From: Ascidiella aspersa
Lineage: Eukaryota
Length of the DNA stretch: 64,000 nt
NCBI GenBank assembly: GCA_963924565.1
Contig: OZ004609.1
Span: 20,026,001 to 20,090,000, forward strand
Reading direction: 5' to 3'
The position numbers and the translations under genes are program-made. How positions within the stretch are numbered: the stretch's first letter is position 1; the number at the start of each line of letters is the position of its first letter. The notes under the pieces were generated by a model. The model was given only the letters and a program-made list of their open reading frames with translations. It did not search any database and was not told the DNA's origin. This document shows positions 62,761-64,000 of the stretch, piece by piece.

Positions 62761-63959
62761 TCACTTGTTGAGGAACTTGTATCGTCGCTGCAAGATGGCC
62801 GACCTACTGTGCTTGGGGTCAGCGAGCGGCTTGCCTGTTACGACTTCGACCCTAGCATTTGACTCTTGCCGCTCTGGTCCCTTGGTTTCGCTCGATTCGA
62901 CAAAACGCGTTTTGCGGATTTTGTCGGGCTTCGTTTCCCGCGGACGCTCAGGTTTTAAATCTGCTCTGCCGACGTCACGCGGTTCGCCTTCGTTCGGGCT
63001 TCTTAGACGCAGAATTCGACCGAATCGTCGCGAAACGACTTTAAAGGCCTTCTTTACTTCGCTGTAATTGCCAGCTTGCGGAAGTTCCCGTTTAATTTGG
63101 ATTTCTTCTGCTTTTGGTTTTGTTGAACGTGCCTTAACGTTAACGTGGTTTGAAGGCATGCTGACACCATTTGTGCGTGGTTGATCCCCTTGGCTTTTGT
63201 CGTTGCTGTACGGGTTATCTTGAATGCTGGATCCTTCTACAGCATTTGAGTCAGACAGTTTTCCACTTTGAGTTAAAGTTGTCCGAGAATTGTCCTCCTT
63301 TTCGCATATGTCGACAGATTGTCGCATAGTGCTTCGTCTTTGAATCTGCGCAGAGGTATTTTTGTCCTGCTTTGGTGGCCGAGGGGCGTAAAATTCAGTG
63401 GAGGTTCCTGTGCGGGAATACACGTTATTTGTAATTGCCTCTTCTTTCCCTAGCTTTTGATTTTGCGGTGACTGGCAGTTATTGAGCATTCTTCCTTTAC
63501 ACACTGATAATGACTTTTGCGCATGGTTTGGCGGCTTAGGCGCTCTTGGTAGAGTTAAGTCGCGTCCTTCTTCAACAAGGCCTGCCGGTCCTTTATGTTC
63601 GACCTTCTTTCCACTTTTAGACTTTGAAGCCACAAATGAGCGTCGCATCACAGATGGATATGGCCGTGTTGATTTCCGGTCAAATTTAGGTGGACTTGGA
63701 CACATTGGAGAATGTTCTGGGAATTCCGAAGGCTTGTCACCCTTTAAATGCGGTTTGATGTTTTGCTTTGATCTTTCGACCAACAATTTTGTACTGTCTT
63801 GTGCTTTGTGCGAGCTATCTCCCACCATTATTGAGTTGTTGAAGTTGGATGGAAATGCTCTGGAGTTAGGAACAAGGTTTACTTCATCGAGAATTGCACC
63901 AACCATCGCCTGATTCGAAGACCTTGAGGTTTTTGATTTGACAACCGTCGTTGGTTGTG
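62761..63959 (-). CDS. Terminal exon (or single-exon CDS from ATG 63906) of an uncharacterised basic, S/P/K/R-rich, probably disordered protein
   Basis: 381-aa ORF that stays open upstream to a good acceptor (tacctctacag, AG at 63961-63960). Stop at 62761 and a minus-strand AATAAA at 62504-62499. No recognisable domain. Confidence 0.7.
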
Positions 63960-64000
63960 CTGTAGAGGTATAAAAAGGAAAATATATTTATAAGACAAAG

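Overview
Eukaryotic (metazoan) genomic DNA. It is AT-rich, with many 59-100 nt spliceosomal introns and alternating CpG-rich and CpG-poor domains. That pattern is most like a compact invertebrate-chordate (ascidian/tunicate) genome, which is an inference. Tracing splice sites by hand gives six protein-coding genes. (1) An AF4/FMR2-family super-elongation-complex scaffold (AFF4/lilliputian-like), + strand, at least 20 coding exons, first exon not found. (2) ANAPC1, +, 41 coding exons, about 1,990 aa. (3) AGFG1/HRB, -, intronless CDS. (4) DHX33, +, intronless CDS, head-to-head with AGFG1. (5) VCPIP1 OTU deubiquitinase, -, 11 coding exons with one GC-AG intron. (6) The last exon of an unrecognised basic, low-complexity protein, -. 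Introns and intergenic DNA hold several hAT-type MITEs with 8-bp target-site duplications. Two observations stand out. One is a ~250-bp element with long inverted arms upstream of ANAPC1; it encloses a decayed tRNA-like cloverleaf (GGT anticodon) with Pol III A/B boxes and a T5 terminator. The other is a cryptic in-frame AFF segment encoding a diverged SIAH-degron-like motif that alternative 3' splice sites could include or skip. Most short ORFs in the supplied track are intronic or antisense noise.
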